From assembly GCA_043228905.1 (NCBI GenBank), contig JBHGNT010000007.1, positions 12,710,001 through 12,774,000 on the forward strand: DNA of 64,000 bases, in the 5' to 3' direction. Below are positions 22,296 to 34,378 of this stretch, in pieces. Every line of letters starts with the position of its first letter. Within the stretch, counting starts at the first letter, position 1. Position numbers and translations under genes: made by a program. The notes beneath the pieces are model-generated. The model saw nothing but the letters and a program-made list of their open reading frames with translations. It was not told the origin of the DNA and made no database searches. The stretch is from Azolla caroliniana. Taxonomy: Eukaryota; Plantae; Polypodiophyta.

Positions 22296-25200
22296 TTAGC
22301 TACCCTCTGTATCTAAGGATCCTTGGTGATCCTCTGGGTTCTCAATATCTATTTCCTCCCACTCTCCATTATCTGGTATATGAGAAAAAAATATTAGAAA
22401 CTTCATTTGAAAGAATACTCACGAAGACATCTTTAGCTAATTACAAGTTTAGCAAGCTGTTGACTTGGAAGACTACAATCTAATCTCTTCAGTTAGCAAG
22501 AAAATGAATAATTAACCCGAATTAAGTGTAATCAAAAGAGTAATACTGTATAGATATTAGCATATCAACAAAAAAATGAAATAAGATATATAAGTAATAA
22601 TATGGTATGTTTGTTTAGAGTTACAGCTACATGAGGGATACATTAATTCAAAACCTAATAGACTTTCAAATAGAAAAGTAGAATACAGCCAAATTTAAAC
22701 TGACCTTGCTTTAGTGTCAATGCTACCACAGCATCATTCTCGATCTGTATTGTGTAAAATGGAAGCATGTTAAAATATAGATTATTTTTTCTTTAATACC
22801 GAGCCATAAGGAACTGCATCTTTAACAAACAACAAACAGTAGAAAGGAAGGCCACATTACGGGGGAAAACACAAAGTAAGAAGGCCAGGTGGAAAAAATG
22901 GTCCATTGAAGACAATAAATTCCAGTTGTATATTTTTCAACAGAACATGTGCTTTATTGTCATTGTGAAAATATAAACCCCTCCCTCTTAGAATAAAGAT
23001 TATACGTCAACGAATAGTCAGCAACACAACCTCAATCCGAGGTACAGTCAATAACAAGTAATTGTGCTCAACAATTATGTAATGCAAGATCTTACAAGAT
23101 GGTTAACAAACAATCCAACAAGGTTGACAAATACACCGAAAATGTGTCAGCATCTGTACTTAGTGCTGTGGACTCTCTGGCAGGAGACTTGAATATTTGA
23201 TCACGAAGATGAGCTTACATCAAAATATCTAAGAGAAAGTGATATTATTAATTAACATCTAACCTAGTCATATCTTTATATATGATCAGGATAGTCCTGG
23301 GAATGTGGCTGGGATGTGTGTCAATGGTGTTTTCCGGTTCTTGTGGAAAGACTCTTACACCTGTTGCATCCTCTGGTGTGTACAAATGTGTCTTGAAAGA
23401 TGGATAGCCACCTGTGTCCTGCTCTAAGGGTATACATATTCTGCAGTGACGTGGCCCCCACATTCCAACTTGTGGCATTCTTTGAAGATGATGGGTAACT
23501 TGTTGGGAGTTACATACTGATAGTATATCTCATTAACACCATTATATTCTAGGATGCCATCTATCAGAGAAAATTCTGAAGCCTACTGCTTACTTTTTTA
23601 TTCTGTACGACGATAGTGGGATAATTTCCAATAGCCAGAAGAATGAATAAGTGCAGCACGCAACGAAGGAACAGATGCTATATCTACCCTTTTTTCATTT
23701 GTCTTGCTCACTCATTTCAAATTCATTGTCTCTCGGCTTTCCATGTGGCACATTGAAAGCCACTTGACCGTTTTTCTTGAGATGACAGCCCATTTCCTTT
23801 TAAGGAGTTTTAAAATTCAAGACACTTTATTTAAAGACCTTGTTTTAAAGGTTTGTATTCTTGTAAGGCCTATCCACACCTTTCCAGCTTCACATATGAT
23901 CATGATTCATGGACTTCCAACATGATAGGCACAGTTTCTGATCATTGGCATAGACCATGGCTAATTCATTTAATCCAATTTTGTTTTGGTAACTAGCTCC
24001 TTTATTTTGGCTTCCCAACATATAATTACATTGGATTTCCTTGGTCCGACACCTATGGACTTGTGGGGATTTCTTAGCATTTTGCAAATCCACATTTGTA
24101 CCCACTTTCTGGGCTTTGGAATCAAGTCTGAAAACTCACCCATCATTGACAAGCTCTGGGATAACAGAGCACATTCTCTTCTAATCCGCAATCCATCTGC
24201 AGTCAGCAAAGATATGTCAAAGTAGCTAGTCCAGATATTAATAGGACCTGATTCTGAAGACAATTTGGAAAAATGGAGTATGTACAAATGAGATAGAGAA
24301 GCTGTTCATGCAGAGGAAATTCCCCATACGAAAAGTTTGAAGCCCTGATATGTCGTGAGCTATAGGGCTCTATGCTGAAACAAAGTTCCAACAAACAACT
24401 TTCAACGTGCTCGATGCCAACACCAAAAAACCGTGCCCATCGTGTGACATATCAAACACCTATAACTACATGTCAAGCTGGGACATGTTAAATCATTATC
24501 TCAATTGTACACTTCCCTGAGTATAGCCTATCAAGAGTCCAAGTGTCAACATGGATAAAGAGAAGCCAAATTGACTGAAATACGTATTGAAGAAGATCAA
24601 TTGTATGTACATGAACATCATAGAAATCCAAAGTTGAAGGTGTAGAAATGTACATGTTGGTCGCCTAGTTGTCATCTTAAATCGATATGATCTTGCGCTG
24701 ATGATATGTGGTACATAATGATGAGTGAAAGAGTACTGGATAAATGAATAGATTCTTCAAAATATATTATAGTGCTTTACATGAGTAATACCTTTCACTG
24801 TGTGCGGAATTGTGCATGATGAAATACAACATTTCTTTAGCACAAGTGTCATGCCACACTTTTAACAAAGAATAGAACTGTTATTACAAGATAATTTCAC
24901 TACCATGTAAAGCCAAGCTCTAAGTAAGGGACCCAGATTAAAACTTGAGGCCATGGAAGAGGCATATGCACATAACCCAATTGAAGTGCATGTATGTGCC
25001 CTCCATAAGCACCATATGCCATGATTACCTTCCATTCATCACTGAGATTACCTAAATTCGCTCAAAGAATCCAAAAAATATGTCACAGTACAATACTTCA
25101 GAAAATAATACTGTAAAAACATGCAGCAATTCAACCCTTCACACTTGTGACATATGCATTCACTGGTTATGGCATTTGTCACTCGTGAATAACAAATATA

Positions 25201-26697
25201 TGAAGTGCATGAGACATCACACATGGTTTATCACCTTCAAATATGTCAATCAGCTTAATATAATTCAAGGAAATGAAAGAATACAGCAAGGTAGCAACAG
25301 TCTCTGCTTCTGGCATATGATAAATTATGATAACTGAAATTCCAGCTCATTAAACCAGGAGGGAGTTGCATAATCAATCGATTATCTTTCATATTGTATT
25401 TTAAACAAGACAATTCTTTATATTTTACTCACGAAAAGCCACCAATCATATTACAAGTTATTCCTACAATGCACGATTGAGAGGAGAACAAGTTCTAGAA
25501 CACCAGGAAATTGAACGACAATAAATATTCTTACTTGATGATCTGCTAAAGTCTTTGCATCTTCTAAGGGTTGAAGACGCGAGAGCAAAATTAGGCGCTG
25601 AATATCAACATCATGATCTGTAAGGACTTGTAACTTTGACTTGATCTCAAGGATGGTTTCTGATGGTTCACAATGTAAAAAGAAAGTTGTCTTTTTCCTC
25701 TTTACTCTTATGAACATAGCCTGGAACAAAAAACATGCACATGTTCTTTGGATATGGAAGAAAAAACAAAGGATACTACTTTAATAACAAACACCCCAAG
25801 CACTCTATTAGATTATCAAAAGAATGAACATCTTAGGAAAATCTCATCATAAGGGTAGTATTTGCATCAAAGGTTCTTTGAATCTCAAAACGACACAAAC
25901 ATTTAAGTTGCATTCACTCATTGACTTTATCTCAAAGATGTTTCACAACGTGAAAAGGAAGTTGTACTTTTCCCCCTCCATCTGGGAAGTTCGGACAAGG
26001 CCATAACTGCTCTTTGAAAACAAAGAAAAACAAAAAAGGTACGCTGATCCCTCCTATTGCATAGGATGCTAGCCTTAGATGGTCAAAAAGGGACAATGGA
26101 TCTTCTTTTAAGCATAAATATCTCACCCTCATTGTTGCATTCAATCCAATGATCCATTCAAACAAATGTGCATCAAATTGATCATGTTCGATGATCAAAC
26201 AACAGTGGTATGGAATGTACATCTCCATTTTACATTTCAGTCAAAGATCCATTCGACCAAATACGTATAAAAAATTGTCTGCGTACGATAAAAAATTAAA
26301 CCTAATTTTCTCCAACATGAGGGAAAATTGCATATATAAGTAAGTCTTCCCGGTAAAGAGGGGACGTCAAAATCCTCATTTACTATGAGAAGAATGAAGG
26401 CACTCATTAACAATCAGAGATCCAGCGAAGCCAAAGTGTGAAGGCACACTCTGTTCATGGAAAGGGTAGAAGGAAGGAATTTTACCGTGTTTCAGAAGAA
26501 GAAGAAGAAGAAGAAGAAGAAGAAGAAGAAGGTGATTTGGATTAGATTCAGAGATCCTTTGGATGGAAAAGGAGATAAAGAATGCGATCTCATACTCTGT
26601 TTTCATGGCGAAAGGCACAATGAAAAAAATAAAAAAACGTAATCTTACTATATGCGCAGAAGAGGAGGAGGAGGAGGAGGAGGAAGCAGCTTACCAT
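22296..26697 (-). CDS. Elongin-B-like ubiquitin-fold protein, 101 aa, 4 coding exons
   Basis: Exons 26697-26695 (ATG|GTAAG), 25720-25535, 22744-22705 and 22372-22296, all GT-AG and phase-consistent. Protein MAMFIRVKRKKTTFFLHCEPSETILEIKSKL...LEDAKTLADHQIENDAVVALTLKQDNGEWEEIDIENP... Confidence 0.9.
23560..24400 (-). mobile_element. Possible degraded L1-type LINE fragment in intron 2 of the Elongin-B-like gene
   Basis: Fragmentary Trp-rich translations resemble the region downstream of RT in plant L1 ORF2. Many stops, and boundaries are uncertain. Confidence 0.3.
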
Positions 26698-26888
26698 GGC
26701 AGAGAAGAACGATGAAAATACGCGCAGAGAAAAAAGAAGAGAAGGTGAAGGTGAAGGTAAGAGCAGGTGGAGATGAGATTTGCGTTTGCCTTTGCCTTTG
26801 CCTTTGCGTTTGCGTTTGCCTTTGCCTTTGCCGTGCGAAGGGGGAGGGGGAAGATTAGCCGTCGACAACGACACAACATATATGTATT

Positions 26889-26919
<31 letters not shown>

Positions 26920-27859
26920 CATATATGTATATAATAATATATGTATGTATGTATGTATGTACGTACATGCTCCTCGTGTCTAACTACTACTACTAAATAT
27001 TAAAGAGGCCAAGTGAGGGAGTCGCTCATCTAAGGGCGCGTGCGTGCGATCTGCACCATCCAATCCGATGTGGATAAAAAAAAGCTGCCAACGTCTGTCA
27101 CCACGAGCCCGACTTTGTCACTAGGAGCACGTGCCACCAAATTTTCTATCATTGATTTCTTAACCAAGAATAGAATGCATGCAAGAATTTTAGGTGGAAT
27201 GCCCTTGAAGTATTTTGGCAACATGATACAACCAAATAGGTCTTTATAGAATATGTCAAAAGAGTTATTTATTTAATGCTTGTCTAGTTCAAAATAGCTT
27301 GAAGACACATATCCATGAGTTTGCTTGGAATTTGGAAAGTGATTTTGTAGCTCGAAACAATATTGGAAGCAAATATTAGCTTATTTGTAGGAATACAAGT
27401 CAAAACAATGGTCTCGTGGTGACATGTTCCTATAGCCAAAGAATTAACAATGTTCTCATCATAGGGCCCCCATGCATCCTTGTGATTTGCTCACTTCTTT
27501 TTATGGCTGATCGTTTTTCTATTTCTGAGATATTGGGGATTGTGTCATAATTGGAATATGCGCAACTCTTTTGTATTCGATGGTAGACAGAGCTCTCTTT
27601 TTTTATAGCTTTCAAGATCTCATTTGCCAAAAAAAATAGAATGGCAAAGCACCACCACTTCTCCCTAGATGGTCACTTAGCTTCCACAATTACTATGTCA
27701 TTGTTTTTGCATTTACAAGTTACAACATGATAAATTCTTGTCTTTTGCAATTGCAGAGCTTTTACCCTATGATCCTTCTAATAAGCATCGAGCCCTTAAC
27801 ACTTTTGTTCAAGTAAAGTTAGCTCTAGCCTCTTACCATTTGGTCTATGTTTGATTGTC

Positions 27860-28190
27860 AATTTAATATGCAACTCACTCATGTTCAAAATAAAGTTAAC
27901 TCTCATCATTTCAGTTTTTTCTTGGTTCTTTGACTTTATATCATGGAATACTACCTCCAAATTATGAGCCAACACAAGAAGAAATGACACAATAACACAT
28001 TCACATTTCCAAACTCACTCATTTACGTTCACAATAATATGCAACTCACTCATGTTCCAAGTAAAGTTAACTTTCATAATTTGGGCTTTGTCATGGTTTC
28101 TTGACTTTATACCATGGAATACTCTACCTATGGATCATTGGCCAATACAAGAAGAAATGACACAATAACACATTCACATTTTCAAACTTG
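27860..28190. repeat. Two-copy tandem duplication, ~171-bp unit
   Basis: TAATATGCAACTCACTCATGTTC...ACAAGAAGAAATGACACAATAACACATTCACATTT occurs near 27864 and 28035. Confidence 0.8.
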
Positions 28191-30632
28191 CCAAAAGCAT
28201 TGGACACCACTTGGAATTTCCAAGATTAAATTATACATAGCAAACAACTACAAAAGAGTACCAGAAACAATGCCACCTATAACATTTCAATTCCACATGA
28301 AAGATTCTATATTAGCATGTAAAATATATTACCATACATACATCTCTCTGGAGTACCATTATCAATATATTACCTTACCACACACAGTAGAAACACACTG
28401 GAACTGTGTTCTCTCCACCACCAAAGCAATACTGATGTGATTGAACAACAATGAATCCGAGGTAAATGAGCATATGAAAATGTGGTATGTTTTGCTTAGA
28501 TTTTCAATATGTCATGAAAGATTGCAACTAATATGTCTGATATCGTCGTGAACTTCCACCAGTATTTGTTCCTGTACCAAGTCCATGTCTCTGAGACTAT
28601 GAACCCCGACCGAAACTTCGGTGATCTTTGTATGGAGCAAAGCTCGTGATAACTTTCAACTACGAGATGCTTCCAAATACTACCTCCCGAGTCCTAGGAC
28701 AACACTCAATATTCAGGTCATCATTTCCGCATCGCTCAACTTGCAAATGATTATCTGATCTTTGCTCACAAAACTTGGTGTTTTCGATTCCTTGATAGAA
28801 ATTTCCCAAAAATCTACATTCGCAAGGTTTCGTTTGAGCCTATATGAAGTGAATAAGCAAAGAATGTTGATGTTGAAAAACCAAGAAGATCATTAAAATG
28901 GACAATAAATTAAGAAAAGCAAATACATTAACAACTGACAAAGATTGATAATAATTAAGAAAGATATGTAACACGGGTATGTACATATATACAAATGTGC
29001 TCACAAATGCCACATAAGGTCAAGGTTACAACTTACGAGTCATGACACACACACACACACACCTATACATATTTAAAACTATCCCATGCTTACGACTTTA
29101 AACATAATCCTTGCTTTTGCAATTATTTCTTCTATTACTGCTAATAGAATTTTTTAAAGTATTATAAGAAATAACATCAAAATCAAGCCTTTGGGAGTCT
29201 TTGCTCAAGGTGTTATATACCTCCATGATTGTGATACATGGAAGAAATGCATTTTATATACTATCCATGCATAGCGCATCAACCTTATATAATCAATTTA
29301 TGTACGTTTGGAAAGTTCAACAATACATCTACTCCATTATGGATCAATTTACTTTAGACAAGTAGATACACACACACATATATATATTAGCTTAAACTAG
29401 GATAGAAAGAACACTACCAGCCCGTAGCATTTGATCTTGCATTTCCAAATAATGCAGTGCATAAACATCTTGACTGAAGCCCAATAAACTTTCAATATAT
29501 TTGGAAAGTTCAACGTTCATTATGGATATATGTATATATAAAGAACATACTTGAACATTAGATCCAACAATTAAGTTGGGGTTGTCATATGTTTTTCCTT
29601 CTTGCTTTCTTCTCTCTTGCCATTTCCTCCTCATTGCAAGCCCAACCTACATGGTAGACGTTGTCGTGAAGTATGAAAGCTTCACATTAAAAGTCTACAA
29701 TCAGATAAATACGTAACTAAAATAACATTTGATAATGTTTTATATATAAAGATAATATTAACAACACATATGTAAAGAAAAATACTATATATATATAGAT
29801 AGATAAATATATTATGTTACACGAACAAGAGAGGACTTAAACCAATAACCCCACCCTATGACTTTCAAATCTTACCATTTACTCTATACTAATAATATAT
29901 TTGCTTCATGATATAAAACGACGTTACATGTTGTAAATTCAATAATGTTTGAGAGACTCGAATCCACAACCTCATATACCAAATTCAACACACCTACCAT
30001 TAGGCTAGGTGCTTTGTTTTCAAAATTATATTTTCATGTCTATTCTTATCCCATATATTTTTTTCATACATGAAAGCTCAAATGAGCGAGATGCCTATCA
30101 TGCATCACATGCATTTCATGCACTACATGCATGACTTGTACCCTCCAATGCATCATATGCATGGGGGCACCTATTTAAATGGTGAAAGAGAAGATGAAAG
30201 GGGAGAGGTATGAGATATCGATCAAATTATGTATTACATAAGAATACCATAAAAATAGAGACGTGGTGGTCAACTCTCAACAAGAGGGAGGCGGTTCGAG
30301 CCTTATCTTCATCAAAATATTGAAGTGAAGATTGTAGTGGTCTATGATCAAGAAAGAGAATAGCGATTACCTTGCAAGACAAAGTTCGGAGGTTCAACGA
30401 CGTGCACAATCATTTTGTAACTCTTTCATGAAAATGATTATAAATTTCATACACTTTCTCATATATTATTTTATATCTTATCTTGTCTTATCTTATATTC
30501 CTTAAAAATCCTATTTTGTCATATCTTATTGATCTCTATTCACTCCATCTCTACTCTTTCGTCTCTTCCGTCCATAATCCCAGTGATTCCTTCCTCACTT
30601 TCACGTTATCCTTTGTGTGTGCAACGCTACGT

Positions 30633-33600
30633 TGTCGTGATGTGGCATGTCTAGTGCGAGAAAAAGTCAAAAATTGAGGATCCACACACATTTCACGAAT
30701 ACTTGTAAAAATAAAAATAAATAAACCTAGGTCCCAATGGCATTGAGTGCATGTAGAGGGTTGCAAGTAGGATTTGAACCTTGCACCTCTAAGATAAGAG
30801 GCAATTTCCTTACCACTAAAGCTACTACTAAGTGCTTTAGATGTTCTATATTTCTTTCTCATATTCAGTATTCCGTAGGAAACAAACGAACAAAACCATG
30901 TACACAAAACCACGGTTTTAAGCCCATGGTTTCCTGCATGTCACAAAGCAAAACTGTGTGCATAGAAACCATGGCTCCAAGCCCATGGTTTTGTGCATGG
31001 GCAAACCTATAAAACCCCTAGTACGGCTTGTGTAAGGGGGGACTCAATATGATATGACCATCATCATCACCATCAATAATATAAGCTTCTATTTCTTCTT
31101 CTTCGCATCTATCTTGTAATTATTTATCTACTTCTCAAAGTGTACAATCTTCAATCTTCTCAAGTGTAATAGGTCTTCCTCCAATCTTACATTCACATTG
31201 TCCTCTTCTCAATACCTTGACGGACATCCTCCTTGGTCCAAGACCCCGGTGGTCCCGCTCAAGCGAAGCACGCTCGCACGCGCATCTTCGCGACATTTTT
31301 GGTGAAGCCGACGTGAATAGCGGTAGGGGAGGATGAAGCTGGACGAGGAATATCTAATGAAGGCAATGTCAAAGATGATGATAGAGTTTTCAAGAGAAGG
31401 GAAAACACAACATGCGGCCCAACAAGCCATCGAAAGCATGATCAAGCGAGTCGGGTTTTTTGATGGAGGCAAAGTCCAAAAATTTGCAAAGGCCTACAAT
31501 GCCGAAATGGATTCAAGAGGAGTGGATGAAGCAATGAGGCTGGAGTACTTTTGTCAAGTGGTGACCGAACCGATCTTCGAAGAGATTAAAGAGATTCAAA
31601 AAACTCACGATTCGTGGGTGTCCTTCAAAGAAGCTTTACGAGAATCATATGGTTACGAATAGCGAAAGGGACAAGGTCTGTATGAGTTTCACGAATGGGT
31701 GTCATCGAGAAAGACCCACCAGAGTGCTATGCATGCATTCGTTGAGTTTGAGTATCGCTTCGCTCAACTCTCGGACCGGGATCGAAGATTGGTGGGGGTG
31801 AATAAAGTTCTGATGTTTGTAAAGTCAATCGATCGGAATGAAAGGAAGGCCATTGGAATCCAACTCGAGGATGACAATGGTGAAAATGGCCTCACTGAGG
31901 ATTGGGCCAAAGTGGAAAGGGTATGCCAACAACACGATAAGAGGGAGATGAGACTCTCATCGACAACAACACAACCCACAAGGGATGCTCAAAGGAGAAT
32001 GGGATGTGGCAATAAAAACCCACTGAAGGAAGAAAGCTCGAAGAGGGAAGCTTCGAAAGAACTCAACATAGAAGCCTTGATGAGAGAGGCATTAATGAAC
32101 TTAAAGGCACAAGTCGAGGTTGAAGAGAAGCTGAAAACAAAACCGAGGAAAATGGTGATCGACGAAGAGGAGACCTCCCGACAAATGCAGACTAATGGTG
32201 CGGCCAATACGAAGGCCCAGGTTTGGTATGACAGTACCATGGGAGAAGGTGTAAAACAAGCCACCTTCTCAACTTATGGAGGAACGACGGTCAAGAGAAA
32301 GGCCGAAGACTCGAGAGTGGGAAATGCTGCTTTAAGAGTGGACGAGCATTTCGGAACACATGTTGTGTCCGAAATATCGAGTAATGAAGGTGCAAGCATG
32401 AGGGAAGCTTGTGTGATCAAGGGATGTAAAGAGTGCAAGGTCGACGTGTTTGAGGTGGTAGCCACGAGGAATGACATCGAGTCACAGATGGCTAAGGAAG
32501 AGTCCACGGTGAATGACCGTGTCGAGACTTTCCCAATACTTGATCTAGAGACTTGGGCAGTTGCGTCCGAGAGCCAACATGAGACTCAAGAGACGGAAAG
32601 TGGTGGGGAAGAAAATATTGAAGATAATGTGAATAACAACATTGAGCGAAAGATGGCTACGGATGAGAAGACGGTGACCGATGGTGTCGAGGTTCTCCCC
32701 ACAATTGTTCCTGAGACTTCAGCAGTTGTGCCCGAGTGTCAACGTGAGACCGGAGAGACGGAAGGTGGCGGCTGGAAATCGAAGGACCGAAACAACGATG
32801 AGGAGGATGGCCACAGACGAAGGAATCCCTCCACACCGATTCTGGAGACTTCGGCAGTTGTGCTCAAGAGCGAACATAAGACTGGAGAGATGGAAGGTGG
32901 CGGCGAGGAGATGAGCCTGGGACGACGCCAGCGCATACGGAGGAACGGTGGCCAACAAGGACGCCAAAAACAAAGCTACAATAGAGTTCGATGAAGAGCC
33001 AGATAGCGGCAAGAAAGGAAGAACCAGAATACAATCCGGATGGAAGATGACGCAGTTGGTATTCCGACCCGAACGAGAGTTGATCAAACGGGCCCGACCC
33101 AACCGAAAACCGGTTGGAAACTGACCCGGACGAAAGTCGATCGTCTGAGTCTGATTCGGCCGAATGCGAATCCGGAGGAAGGCCGACCAAGCCAGAAGCT
33201 GATTGGTCGAGACAGACAAAAGTTGAACTGGCCTAGGCGGAGGTCGAAGCAGACGAGTTGTGACACTCGGTTGAGGCTAGTGAGCATAAGGAAAGGCAAG
33301 CATGAGACGAGAAATGATGATAAAGGAAAGTTAGGTGACCAAGGAGATGGTCGAGATGAAGGTGGCACATGCATGAGGCATGAAGCGTTATGCTCGGGAG
33401 GAGCAAAGGGAGCCATGTCAACTAGACATGGCAATAAAAAAGGTGAGTGAATGATATGGTGGATCGGATGGCAACGACAGTTCGAAGTAGACGACAAAAA
33501 GACGGTGCGGACGAGGCGCAAGAAAGGAGGAAATCAAACACCAACCACCTTTGACCCTTCCACATCACTCTTTTCTTCTTGGCACATACCGGAGGATGTG

Positions 33601-34283
33601 CAGTTTGGTGGGGGTGGATGTCGTGATGTGGCATGTCTAGTGCGAGAAAAAGTCAAAAATTGAGGATCCACACACATTTCACGAATACTTGTAAAAATGA
33701 AAATAAATAAACCTAGGTCCCAATGGCATTGAGTGCATGTAGAGGGTTGCAAGTAGGATTTGAACCTTGCACCTCTAAGATAAGAGGCAATTTCCTTACC
33801 ACTAAAGCTACTACTAAGTGCTTTAGATGTTCTATATTTCTTTCTCATATTCAGTATTCCGTAGGAAACAAACGAACAAAACCGTGTACACAAAACCACG
33901 GTTTTAAGCCCATGGTTTCCTGCATGTCACAAAGCAAAACTGTGTGCATAGAAACCATGGCTCCAAGCCCATGGTTTTGTGCATGGGCAAACCTATAAAA
34001 CCCCTAGTACGGCTTGTGTAAAGGGGGGGGCTCAATATGATATGACCATCATCATCACCATCAATAATATAAGCTTCTATTTCTTCTTCTTCGCATCTAT
34101 CTTGTAATTATTTATCTACTTCTCAAAGTGTACAATCTTCAATCTTCTCAAGTGTAATAGGTCTTCCTCCAATCTTACATTCACATTGTCCTCTTCTCAA
34201 TACCTTGACGGACATCCTCCTTGGTCCAAGACCCCGGTGGTCCCGCTCAAGCGAAGCACGCTCGCACGCGCATCTTCGCGACA
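30633..34283 (+). mobile_element. Young non-autonomous gag-only LTR element 'G2n' (LTRs 30633-31295 and 33619-34283) nested in the G2 5' LTR
   Basis: The LTRs differ at only a few positions. TSD ACGT/ACGC (30629-30632 / 34284-34287), and the empty site CTACGCTTCT is visible in the G2 3' LTR. PBS 31300-31317. No protease, RT or integrase motifs. Confidence 0.92.
31333..32994 (+). CDS. Gag-like protein of G2n with a long acidic, repetitive C-terminus; one in-frame TAG at 31660-31662
   Basis: ORFs 31333-31662 and 31699-32994 are in the same frame. The N-terminal half aligns by eye with the gag of G1, G2 and G3 (FDGGKVQKF..Y..EM; KVLMFVKSID..ERK.IG..LED...GLTEDW). Confidence 0.75.
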
Positions 34284-34378
34284 ACGCTTCTAGGCAAGCC
34301 ACGTCACGACAGAATTTGGTGAACTCGACGTGAAACGGGGAAGTAGAAGAGACATCTAAAGTAAAGATCAACATCAAC

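Noticed and set aside
22960-23540. Possible minus-strand solo LTR in the Elongin-B-like intron
   Set aside because: TG...CA ends are plausible, but there is no convincing TSD and no second copy in the window.
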